Shown here: positions 24,901 through 36,400 of the stretch, piece after piece
Layout of the letters: each line of letters starts with the position of its first letter
How positions within the stretch are numbered: position 1 is the stretch's first letter
Source of the DNA: Choristocarpus tenellus KU-1152
Lineage: Eukaryota; Protista; Phaeophyceae
Length of the DNA stretch: 44,867 bases
Direction of reading: 5' to 3'
Assembly (NCBI GenBank): GCA_964200185.2
Contig: CAXNAD020000024.1
Location: 1-44,867, forward strand
The notes under the pieces: model-generated
The model's database searches: none
Seen by the model: the letters and a program-made list of their open reading frames with translations, nothing else
Told to the model about the DNA's origin: nothing
Made by a program: the position numbers and the translations under genes

Positions 24901-27900
24901 ACCTGCATGGCATAGTGCTGTTATTGGGTACTGCAATAGATTCACCACCCAGTTTGCACGTCGAAAATATTGCATGTAAGAGGCTGATAAAAGTGTATGA
25001 AGGCATGAGGCTAAAACACAGGATGATAATGTAGAGGCTAGTTTAGTTGTCCTGTAGTACATACGTTGTGTGTGTGTGGAAGGGTATCCTTTTGAAATCA
25101 AGCTGAAAACTGGGGTGGATAGGCAATAAATCTTGGAGATCTCCATGTTTTACAAAGCAAAATCCTGTCATTGAGTCTAGCACTTGAATACCTGTTGTAC
25201 AGGCAACTACTACTGGGAGAATTCCTTGCATGTAATGTTTGTTGGTGTTCAGCATCAATAACTGCACACCTATGACATTGAAGGGCACTATGTCATACTT
25301 GTAAATGATAGAATGATGCAAACCTTTATTATACGTACAATACTTGATACAAGATGTGATGCTTTTGAGTTCTTTGCATATTTTTTAAGATATTTTCATG
25401 GGTTGAGGGACCTTTAGGAGGAGTTATTCACAGCAACATATCCAAACAAGTAAGAACTGTTGGGCGATAATGCGAATGATATATATATATATATATTGTA
25501 GCATGTAGCAAGCTGTTGCAGTGAATTGCAATGATTTGCTGACGAAAAAATGATAGCATTAGAGCACTATCCCACTTGCCTCTTTCAACATATCCAAACA
25601 AGTAAGGACTGTTGGGCGATAAGGCATATGATATATATATATTGTAGCTTGTAGCAAGCTGTTGCAGTGAATTGCAATGATTTGCTGATGAAAAAATGAT
25701 AGCATTAGAGCACTATCCTACTTACCTCTTTCTAGAACACTTGATTCTTGAGCTCATTTAGTCTCCTCCATATGCTGACTGACAGGGATGCAGTGGCAAT
25801 TGATGTTGGGTGCTCAACAGGTGGCTTTACAGATGTGCTACTGGCTAATGGTGCACAAAAAGTGTATGCTGTTGATGTTGGGTGAGACTGTACTGTATGT
25901 TCATGACACACAGAACATCAAAAAAAAAATTGCCTTGAACAGATGTGACTTACCTGTAAACTTACTGCACCATGAACTTTTAATGCCTTGATGTGTCCCC
26001 AGATATGGTCTTCTTGATTATAGACTTCGTCAAGACCACAGGGTGCAGTTGCTGGAGCGAACCAATGCACGACACCTGGATGGCAACCTGATACCAGAAG
26101 CAGAAGGTGTTGACATCTTGGTGTGTGATGCAAGCTTTATTGCTCTAGAGGTGAAGAGTCGCACTCATTACTGATATGAGAAAAATGCTCATGATGATTA
26201 TCTAATTAAATAGTTGATAGCATAAGACTTTCGTATGAACCGTGTTTATTGGCACCATATTATCAGTAGTATGTGCAGTAATGTGATGTTGACCAGTCTT
26301 CTGCTGCCATATAGATATTACAGTGGTCACTTGCTATTATTATTGCTGTTATTATATTAAAGTATATATTGATTTCACCACCTGCGCTTGTCTAGGTTGT
26401 TCTCCCTGCTGCAATGGATCTGGTTAAAGAAGGAGGCATCATGGTCTGCCTTATAAAACCCCAATTTCAAGCAACTAGGGTGAGCTGTAATGAAGGTCTT
26501 GAGGTAGATTAATTGAGATAGGCTGAAGTTGTTACAGTCTTTACTCTGGAGGATAATACAGGTGCAGAGTCTCTGTGGCAGACCAAAGCCAAAATATCCA
26601 ACATACCTGTGTCCCCTTCTATGCAGGACCAAGCAAAAGGTGGCCTGGTTTCTGATCCTGCTGTGCATGATGCTGTCTGTGCTAAGGTGAACACGTTTTG
26701 TACAATACTTTGTGTAGTATCTATCACCCAACTTTTTCACATGATACTGAAAAAATGGTGAGGTAGTTGATGAACGAATAGTGCTCTATGCAATACTCAT
26801 GCTGCAAGGGCAAGTTCCCTGGATCAGTCTCTCAGGTGTAATCAGGCCCGGTCTACTTCAAAATGTGTGTTGACAGAAATGAGAACATGACCCAAACAGA
26901 TAAGTTGACCCAGAGATGTTGCAAAGTATTTTTCCCTGAAAAGGCATTATACCTCTAAAACATAATGGTCATATTTAAACCCTTCATCAAAGCATCACCC
27001 ACCCCCCAAGTGACACAAGTACCATGATGCAAGTCTGTTGACATCCATAGAAATCTCGTGTACTGAAATGGTTCCTTGACAGATGTAGCAACATATTATT
27101 ACATGTATTAATAGTATTTTGTGAGTATTGGTGTTGCCCCCTCTTCTCACCTTGGTGCATGACACCAGATCTAAGAGTTCAATGCTTCTGAAATTTCTGA
27201 ACACCCAATATTGCACTAAGAAGTTTAACAGTGATGATTTATGTTGGGGTTATGTGGGCAGACAAGTCTAGCATTCCTTCACCTCTTCCCTATGCAGTGG
27301 GGGATTAGGCTGCATCTTAATGGGATTTTGCTTTTGCAAGTTTTGGATGTGATGAAGGACTTACTGGAAATTGGAAGGTAAAACCTGAAATGGTTGAAGT
27401 CAATATCTATGTTTTGCACCACGCCTACACCGATGGCAGTCACCCATTACATTTGAACATGTATTTACTACGTATCATTTGCCTTTTTTCTTAGAATGCT
27501 TGTATACCCTGAGTAGCACGCAACCATATCCAGCAAGGAAACATGAGAGCTCATCTTATTGTCACCCCCCTGATGTCGGTTGATCGTTACACTCATACAA
27601 AGTCAATCCAATTAAATGAGAAGTATCTTTTAGTTTTGTTTCAACAATACTTTGTAGTAACAGAGTAAATATTGTTTAAAGCTAGTGTTTGTGATCTCCC
27701 TATAGGTATGCAAAATATCACTTTACTTTGATTGGCTGGACCAGATTACTGTAAAGGTAACCCTTGATAACATATGGTGAGTACTGTTTTATGGTTGTTA
27801 ATTAATGTTATTAACATTATTTATTTTCCCACCATACTGCCCTTCAACCAGCATTTTTTTTCATGGCATCAATCCTCAATTTGTTGTGTTTGAATGCTGT

Positions 27901-28103
27901 CCCGATAATATATTGAGACCACCTGACTGGCAAGGTTATGGATGCACTTTGATGGGTTTTTTCCCTGTCTTCTCTATCAGGCACAAGCATGGCTTGATGG
28001 TACAGCTGGATGGAATTTTGTGGGAATCACTGAGAGCCCAATCAAAGGAGTAGAATTGGGGAACAAAGAATTCCTTATGTTCAGTGAGAAAATAAAACTG
28101 TAG
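21902..28103 (+). CDS. tlyA: TlyA-family 16S/23S rRNA (cytidine-2'-O)-methyltransferase (S4 domain plus FtsJ-like MTase), at least 7 exons, about 315 aa from ATG 21902
   Basis: Phase-consistent exons: 21902-22188, 22357-22506, 25786-25881, 26003-26150, 26396-26479, 26627-26686, 27981-28103. Motifs: [28 protein letters not shown] (S4), [26 protein letters not shown]...VYAVDVGYG (SAM binding), LERTNAR, VCDASFI, LIKPQFQ and [15 protein letters not shown]. The K-D-K-E tetrad is intact. The start codon is uncertain. Confidence 0.95.
25434..25731. repeat. Recent tandem duplication (152 + 146 bp) inside a TlyA intron
   Basis: Copies at 25434-25585 and 25586-25731 both begin CAACATATCCAAACAAGTAAG. 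They differ by a few substitutions and by 6 nt in an internal (TA)n tract. Confidence 0.95.
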
Positions 28104-29949
28104 TGCAAAATTGATTGCGTTCACATCTTCATTGATTAGATATTTTACTCTGATATTCATTACTCTGGACTACTTGTTTATAGAGTATTCTGTATCATGT
28201 GCTATGTGTAGCACAAGGTTGGATGAATTGTTTGTGCCATGGGTGCAGTCTTGTATTACTTTGCACATATTTTGCTTAGATGAAATATCACTCGATTGTT
28301 CAGTCTTTTGGCAATGATATAACCCATGAGACCCAATACAGCATGGGGAGTAAAAGATACCTGAACCGTAATCTACTTTTACAGAATTTTGAGTATCATT
28401 TTCTAGCCAAAGTCTGACTAACTCCGACTAAGTTGCATGAGTTCATTCATGTCATCCTTTTGTTCCACGATAATGAATCTCTGGGATCAAAAAGGTATGT
28501 GCTGGTTTTAAGTCTTGGGTGGCTTTGTCATGAAGTATGAGCAATTGCGGTGTTTGGATATTTATTTCACTGAGACCAGTATGAATTTCTACCCTTCTCT
28601 GAACCCTAAATTCATGTTTCGCACATAATTTTTTGTTATTTGTTTGGTGTCATATTTACATTGATGCCATATAAGGAGGGCAATGTTGCATGTAATCTTG
28701 TTTAAGATTAGATATTTGGGTCTTGCAACAGTATTAATTAATAATTCAACCCCCACTCTAAACTAACAAGAATATTGGTAATTTTTTTATGGCTCCCCAA
28801 GAAGAGGAGCCTTATTTGAGAGAAATATTTCAGTATGTGCCAAAAACGTCTGCCTCATCTTCTACACAATCAACACAGGAAATCTTGGTTTACAAAATTT
28901 CTAGATTTCATGGCTGAGCTTGTGGGTTTTATAAAATCTTCCCTCTTTGGTGGCCACTGATGTAACTCTTTCATGGGGGGGGGAGAAGTCTGGTCAAACT
29001 GAGGTTAATCAAACTACTTGGCTCTAAGTATGTGTTCAACCGTGAGGTGAACAGTGGTAGTGCTTTGGGTACATGAATGGTCGGAATCTCTCACCAAATT
29101 ATGGTTCAAGTACATATGATGCCACTTACCTCTTGTTTCCTCTCCTTTGTATGCTGCGGATGCACTCAAGACCAAGGTAAAAACTATCGTATGTGCACAA
29201 TTTGACTTGGTCAATAGACACACAATATTGATTCCTGAAATATATTGTTTTTCATTTCAGGATATTTTTCATGACAGTTTCATCACATGAGACTATGAGA
29301 GGATGCAGTACAAGGTACATTATATCATGCTGCACGTGATGTTCACTTTGCTAGGCAGGTATATTGTCTTGAAACCTGAGAAACTAATATTCTGGGGAGA
29401 GTCTGATGTAGAGGTGGTCGAGTAGAGGCTTCAGCCAAAGGTGGTCTGTCAAGAGACTTAATGTCTCATGAGTGAAAGGTTTTGGATGCATTAACTGTGA
29501 GTATCTAACATCAAGGGTATTACAGTGTATACAACAGAAAAACATAGTGAACAAAACTCAAGAGAGCAAGCTGAGTCTGCTTTTTACTCTGGGGGCAATC
29601 TTGTAATGATTGGCATCTTTGAAACAGAAGAAAGTGTTCACATCTATGGCAACAAAATATGGGTCAAATGAACATTGGCTCTAAAAATCTTTGTGTACCA
29701 TGCACAAACTTGGGGCAAAACAAAAACATGAGTAAATGTGCATTACCGATCTGTATGTGTGAAGTATTGGAGTGTCTGCAGGGTCACACCCTGATAGGAT
29801 GGTATCATCATGCAAGACAGTCACAAGGTAAGTGTCCTGAAGTGTAACTATTGTCAAGAAGAGTAGTCTATCTTTCAATACAATCCAGTAGGGGAATTTA
29901 GTTTGTTGTAGTGCCATATTGATACGTACAAAGCGTTCAAATATGTTGA

Positions 29950-31480
29950 TGGACATGGAGCAACTTGGGATATGAAATTAGAAGATGTGGTTTCACCGGT
30001 CGCATTCTATTCAATATGGAAGACAGAAGATAGATCTATTGACAAAGATAGCATTTACAAGATAGTGTAGGTGGATTTCATAACAAAGGTTGAGGGTGTT
30101 GGGCTGTCAGTAGGGTGTTTGTTCTGGCAGGAAAAGGTGCTCTACTTGTGGAAGACAGTGTGGCCAACTGCATATGCTGTGGTGCTTTTAAGCATCCCGA
30201 AAATCTGTATCTCAGAGGATACCGCCTGGGGGGGAAACATTCAATGCAACATTTCAGCAATACTTTATTTACTCCATGAGTAATGGACAAAAGTGTGGGC
30301 CTCTTGGGTCACATAGATTCTTCGAAGAGCTCATGACTTTTGTACAATGTTCAATAAACATATTCCTGTTGGTTTTTAGTGTCAATGAGGATACTTGCAC
30401 ATTCATAAAAGAAATTCAAGCAAACTCTGATATTTTCAAGATCCCCTACAAAGTGTTCATCATCAAGATGACAATGAAGGTTGCACTTGGACACATCTCA
30501 CATTCCTATGTGCATTGCTACCTAGCACCTCCTACCCCAACTTGGTGACTAGGTTTGTTGGTATGAAAAGAAACCTACTGTGAACCTCCAAGAAACATCA
30601 TGCCCATACAATTAACCCATTAATGAACCTAAACTTTTACCTACAGCTCATCCATGCCTCTACACTCTCTACCTCCAAATTGGTCTTACCGAGGTTCCAC
30701 TTCATCTTACCCAATGTTCGACCATGTTCAGTTGATAACATCAACATTTGTTATTGTTTGGAAAAATTTTGGGTTCCAGGTGCTCTATATTTGATAACAC
30801 CAGTGCATTTGCTCTTCAATGTCTGAAACAAGACTTGTGCCTAACATCTGGAGATAGGGTAATACTTTGAGCCATTTGTTCCATAATATCTGGTCTTGCA
30901 AAGGCTATTTATGAAAAGTGGCATCCCCCCCTCATGTACACACTAAAGAGGCACCAGATGTAGGCCCCTAACCCATGGAGCTTTTTTGTTTTCACTCCTT
31001 CACACGCTTCTCTTTCTCTTGTTCGGTCGGCAACTCAACTAGATTTAAGGTAGGTTCATCTTTCTCAGATCCTTCACCTTTCTCACCATCCTCAACATGT
31101 GGAAGGGCATATTTGGCAGATGGATCGACATCATTAATATATGTTTTGCTTCACGTTAGTCTAGAAAAAACCCGACCTGTGGTCAGAAACACTTCAACTG
31201 CACTCCTTTTCATACTACTAACCTTTGCACTATCAGCCAGAAGTTTCCACCTTGATGTTGGTCAGTTCTTGTGGTAAGGCCACAGAGAGGATATCAGATG
31301 CACAATTAGTTGAACTTGCCACATTCAATAGCATAACAAAAACCAGATTTCGTTGTTGAGAAGTCTGGTATCGAAGTGATATGAACCCCCAAAGATCATA
31401 CTGTAAGTGGACGCGTAAACTACTGGGTCACAAGGATGCCATACAAATTTATGATCTTACCCTCACCACCTTCAGACTGT
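29950..31480 (-). pseudogene. Decayed coding remnant, possibly a CMC (CACTA/Mirage-like) transposase
   Basis: Long protein-like minus-strand stretches are broken by isolated stops (SKTYINDVDPSAKYALPHVEDGEKGEGSEKDEPTLNLVELPTEQEKEKRVKE*, DDEHFVGDLENIRVCLNFFYECASIL). The segment SITHG...SEIQIFGMLKSTTAYAV loosely recalls the CMC H...I..fG.l C-terminal motif. The family call is weak. Confidence 0.3.
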
Positions 31481-33408
31481 CTGCGCACACTCAAGGTTTA
31501 TGCACTCCTAGAGATATATGCTGGTGTGGTTGATTGTGTTCCTGTTGTGTTCTTTGTTCTTTGTTCTCTCCTCCAAACATTCCAGAGAAGACGAAAAAAT
31601 GAATAGTCCCAAGATGTTCGTTTTTTATTTTTACCTGCGATCTAATCAAATCATACTATTTCAATTGCTACAATTCACAGCACTGCAAATTTTGCTTAGG
31701 CAGATGTAACCCACCCTTCCTTGTACCAGGTACAGCCCTCCCTGTGATTTTCCTTTGGTGCTGCTAGAGAACTGTAGCTGGTAGCTAGTGGAGCTTCTCC
31801 TCTTCTCACCCAGGCACAGAACACACATCTCCCCAAGCGCCATTCCTCCTGGTGGTGGGTGTTCTCTTTTTCCCCAGCACAGCCCCCGCAGGTTTATCTA
31901 GGCACAATCCCCACTGTTTCTTTCCTCCTTTTCCTGCTGGAGCAGAGTGGCTAGGAGCTAGTGGAGCTTCCCCTCCCCCCCCTACCCACAACCACATTCC
32001 CTCTCTGTTACCCATTCAAAGCATTGCACCCTGTAGTACCCCATCCTAGCTATAGGTCAGCAGTGGACCACTTGGGTTCTTCAAATTGAGACGCAGAAGT
32101 ACTTGCTAATAGGAGCATCACTCCGCAGCATTGTAACAACATGTGTGCTGGGTACGGGTAATATTGTAGAAATGTGTAGTTCTGATGACTAAGCATGAAC
32201 AAATGGTTGTGACATGATGTGTAGGGATCAAGCATACAAGAGGATGTTGCAAGGGATACTCACAAGAAAAGGAAAGAACATACTTGCCACAAGTTTGTCC
32301 AAGGAACAAACACAGAAACACAAGTGAAGTGCAGACATCCTCCCACCTTAGTCCCTCTGGTTGCATTGATTAGAGTATGGATCCCACATCTTCTATCACC
32401 AATGTTTTTCGTGTGTTGAAAGGCCTGATGAAGGGAAGTCCTTAGCATGATATGCCCATATAGACCATGAATGGCACCCTTATGTTCTACGTTTGAAGTG
32501 AAGGAAGTAGTTTGCAGCATTATTAGGTTTCGCCAGGATGATTACCTACAACTACCATTTTCTGGAATGTGGGGGGGGTATCTCACTGCAATGACCACGA
32601 TGAGAGCGGAAAGAGGGACAAGTGCCAGACTGGTAACGAACATTTCTCATTGATAGTTGTCCCCAGACTAAAAGTTAACAGTAATGATGATCATAGTGAT
32701 GATGCCACGATTGGAAGGCCACACTCCCTGATAGGCCCAGTTTTTTTTTTCCCCAAAAAACTATGACCCTCTTTAAAATACCACTTTGTAACTGCTAGGA
32801 AAGGCACCCTTGCAGACGACAAGTACACCTGTAGAACACCAGGATCCTGATCTTTTCAATGTACTATAATATAATTAGCATTGATAGATTGTGAGGGCTT
32901 TTGATGCACAGGAAAGTTATATATATATATATATATGTAGAAGAAATTTCATTCCTCAAAATGATAAAATGGGTTCTGTAAAGTTCTCGTTCCCACGTGG
33001 TGATTATTCGAGTAGTTTAACATATTATGAATGTTACGCAACAGACAAAGTGATTGATTTGTGTATCTGTACAGATTTCTAATAAACATCTTACCTACAA
33101 CTATTTTGAACAAAATAGAGTTTTTATATGCTATTTATTAGTGGAAATATCTTACCAGTATTTTGAATATTCACCTTTTAAAATGTGTCATACACAACGT
33201 AGTGATTAATTAATGGATCTTACTCCTACTATAAACCATTCATCTTTATTACCTAAAGGAAAATTCTGGATTAACTTATTGATGTGGTTCTATTCTTGCT
33301 CTTTATTGTTTTGGGTAGTTTGTGTAGACCTCCCTATATCTTCGAACACTGATCTTTACTCAACTCAACATAATATCCTGTATTGCACCGAACAAAAATA
33401 AATTATCT

Positions 33409-36400
33409 ATGTCCGCAAGGATACAAGATGGATACAGGCATGCCCAAGGCGGAAACTGGCTACACATACTATTCGTTTCCTTCCTGATCATGATCTTGAG
33501 CTGTGAGTCCGCCAACTACTCGTGTCCTTCGTGAATCGTGCCTGCGGATAGCTTCCTCTCACCATCCGGAGACCTATGTGTCAGTTCATCATAATAGTGA
33601 ATGTTCATAAACCGTTTTAGAGCAATCCAACACATCTCCCTTCCTTTACCATGCTGATCGTGTTTGCTGATCCTCTGACCTTAAATGGGCTGTCGAGCAA
33701 GGTTGCGCGGGTATTGGGGACGGTTCCACAGGTGAGGAGATTTGTCGTGATATTTTCTGTAGAACTGTATGTGATTTCATTGGAGAAGGACCCGACTGGA
33801 TCTTCGGGAAAGAAAACTTCAAGGTTCTAGAGAAAGCACCAAATTTGAAAGGATGTGATCATATCGAAAATTGTCCGCAAAGACGAAGCCTTGTTACACC
33901 TTGCAATCTACCGTTAACACATCTGGTTAGACTTTAATAACCTCTTCAACCCTTTTTCGACGAGGGGCGCTTGTTTCGTCCAGAACTTGTATGTTGACGT
34001 CGACAGCTAATTTGCCTCTCATTCTTATGGTGTCAGCTCAGTATGATGCCGAATACAACGTCAACAAATCTGACATGATCAAGGCTATTGAAGACTTGTA
34101 CCAAGCAGAAGTCAAGAGACAGGTAACCAACAACTCCTTCATCTCTAGGAAGAATGCCAAGTTTGGTGAATCTTGCTACTTACTCGTAGGTAGAAGTAAG
34201 AGTTGAGCTGGTGATGCTTAAGGAGTTTTAGTGGCAGAAAATGTTTATTTTGTCCACAAGTACCAACTAGTCTTTGTTCATCACGTTCTGAGAAACCAGG
34301 GTTTCCTGAGCATGATTTACCGAAGTCAGACTAGTGATCCAAACACTCAAAACACCTCGCACTTGAGGGTGACTTTTCTGTGTGATTAACTTAATTCAAA
34401 GTGCCTTAAACTAGACGTTTTGGTCTATTGTTTGGGGGAGTATGTGGATGTTTTGCTACTCACTAGCACTCCCAACTGGAGGAATACACTTACGTGTATC
34501 AACGAAGTGCTAGTTGGGCCTGGCATTAAACAGGAATGCATAGACCCTTCTTTCTGGCTATACAACTAATACTGTGCTAAAGTATGAGATCTTGTGCATC
34601 ATAGGGATTGAGCGTATGTGGCACAGATCTCCTGTAATTGCTGCCAAGTTTTGATATTTTAAAGATCACACAAAGGGTGTTACTTTTTTACTACCACAAA
34701 ACAGATCACTTCGTAACTCACTGGTGATCAAGTGTGATAGATACACAAAGTTTGCGAAGCTGAACAAGCTGTGATAGAAAATCCCAGCTTCAAGGTTTGC
34801 TTGTCTAACAAATATGTTGCACATATATTTAAGAGGGGAGGATGTGGAAGATCAACTATTTGTCGAACATCTTAAAATATTCAATGTTCGTATGTTTAGT
34901 TGTCAAACCTATGGTTTAGACATGTTAGCTGTGTGAAGCAGTTTATTGGCGCACAGCAGCATTCTTCACACAAGATTGTATAGCAATTAGATCTACTCAC
35001 ATTTTTTTCTAGAACTAATGATGTTTCAAAGAGTCACGGGACACAATAGTAGTAGCAAGATAACATATGGTGATAGCTTGAATTTGTGACATCAACCGGA
35101 TTTGATGAGTTGATCAATTGATAAAGAGATAAATAGCATCCTGATGATTTTACAAAGTACATAGACCTATGCTGTGTGTGTGATTAGTTAGGTAGAACTG
35201 GTAGGCACAGATGCCCTGTGATGGTTAGGGTTCAGGGGTAAATCTATGTTGGAAAAAGCTTGAGCTATTTGGCAGTCACATACCCAATAGTAGATCATAT
35301 GCAAAACTAGTGGGAGTGTTGTTGTCCATCTCTGATCAGTGATGTAAGCTTGCAAATGTTGTACGCAAATTCACTGTAAGGGCATTGCATATATTATGTT
35401 CCTCTCTACAAGGTGGATTGAGACAATCCATCAGAAGCATTCATATCATTTTGGCACCTGCATACACCAGCTTTGGTCCAATGGCAATCCTATGAGTTGG
35501 TGGATTGAGAAAATTGCAAGGTACTAAAAGAGTGTATAGCACTGTTCCCTGTTTTTGGTTGATTTGACGTTTTGTTTGAGACAAAATGAGCCCAGCAACA
35601 ATGAAAATGGAGTACCACAGCTACAAAATGAATGTGAGTGCATGGAGCATCTGTTTTCATACCATGATAAATTGTTTGCCTCTGTGAAAAATGACAACAA
35701 CAAAATGCTATCGTGGAATATACAAAAAGTGAACCTACCTACTACTCAGGGGAGTCCACAAGCTGTTGAAAGACTTACTGTACACCTGTGCATGTTGCAG
35801 GGAGACCAAATTGGGATTTCAGCACTTTCAGCTGCTTCCACCAATGTACTTGTTAGAAATTGTAATTATATACAGCACATATAGGTTTATGTTGAACTTG
35901 ATAGTATATGGTCTGAATTGACCTCAAGTACTCCAATTTGTTTCTGGCACATTTTGTGCCAATTTTAAGCCATAAATGTTCTCCTTTCCTAATCATTGCA
36001 ATATTGAAGTAGCTCTTGTTGCATAACATAAAAATATATGCACTGAAAGATAACACCTTAGTAAACTGAACCATAGAAAACGTGAGACAGCTCACTACAT
36101 ATCAATGGATGGTACCATGCATAGATGTGAGGCCCAACCTCCCACCTTGTCTCATGTTGGATAAGGAGTTGCAATGAAGAACAGTATGTCCTTCTGTGAT
36201 TGGCTTTGCAAAGTTGAGTGAATGCAGCATTTTTGACTCAGTGGAGTAGTCACAAGACAAGCAATTCTAGCCACCAAATACCTCTTGACTGGCAGTTCTA
36301 TTAATGCCCCTCACTCCTTTCACTTCCAGATATGTTTTTACATTATCTCTTGAAGAATTAAAGAAGCAATTGGCAACTTGAATCTAGAGTTATGATTCAC

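Noticed and set aside
23540-25250. Possible retroelement in the long TlyA intron
   Set aside because: It looks like decayed repeat DNA, but I could not recover a diagnostic motif.
21902-28103. TlyA as a secreted haemolysin or toxin
   Set aside because: The haemolysin label is a family annotation. The sequence shows only an intact S4 domain and methyltransferase active site.
33510-33830. Alternative minus-strand exons ending RKLSAGTIHEGHE*
   Set aside because: I found no upstream minus-strand exons, and the plus-strand model chains through 13 exons.
33991-34206. NVNKSDMIKAIEDLYQAEVKR resembles ribosomal protein uL23
   Set aside because: The flanking exons lack other uL23 motifs, and the segment fits as exon 3 of the larger orphan gene.
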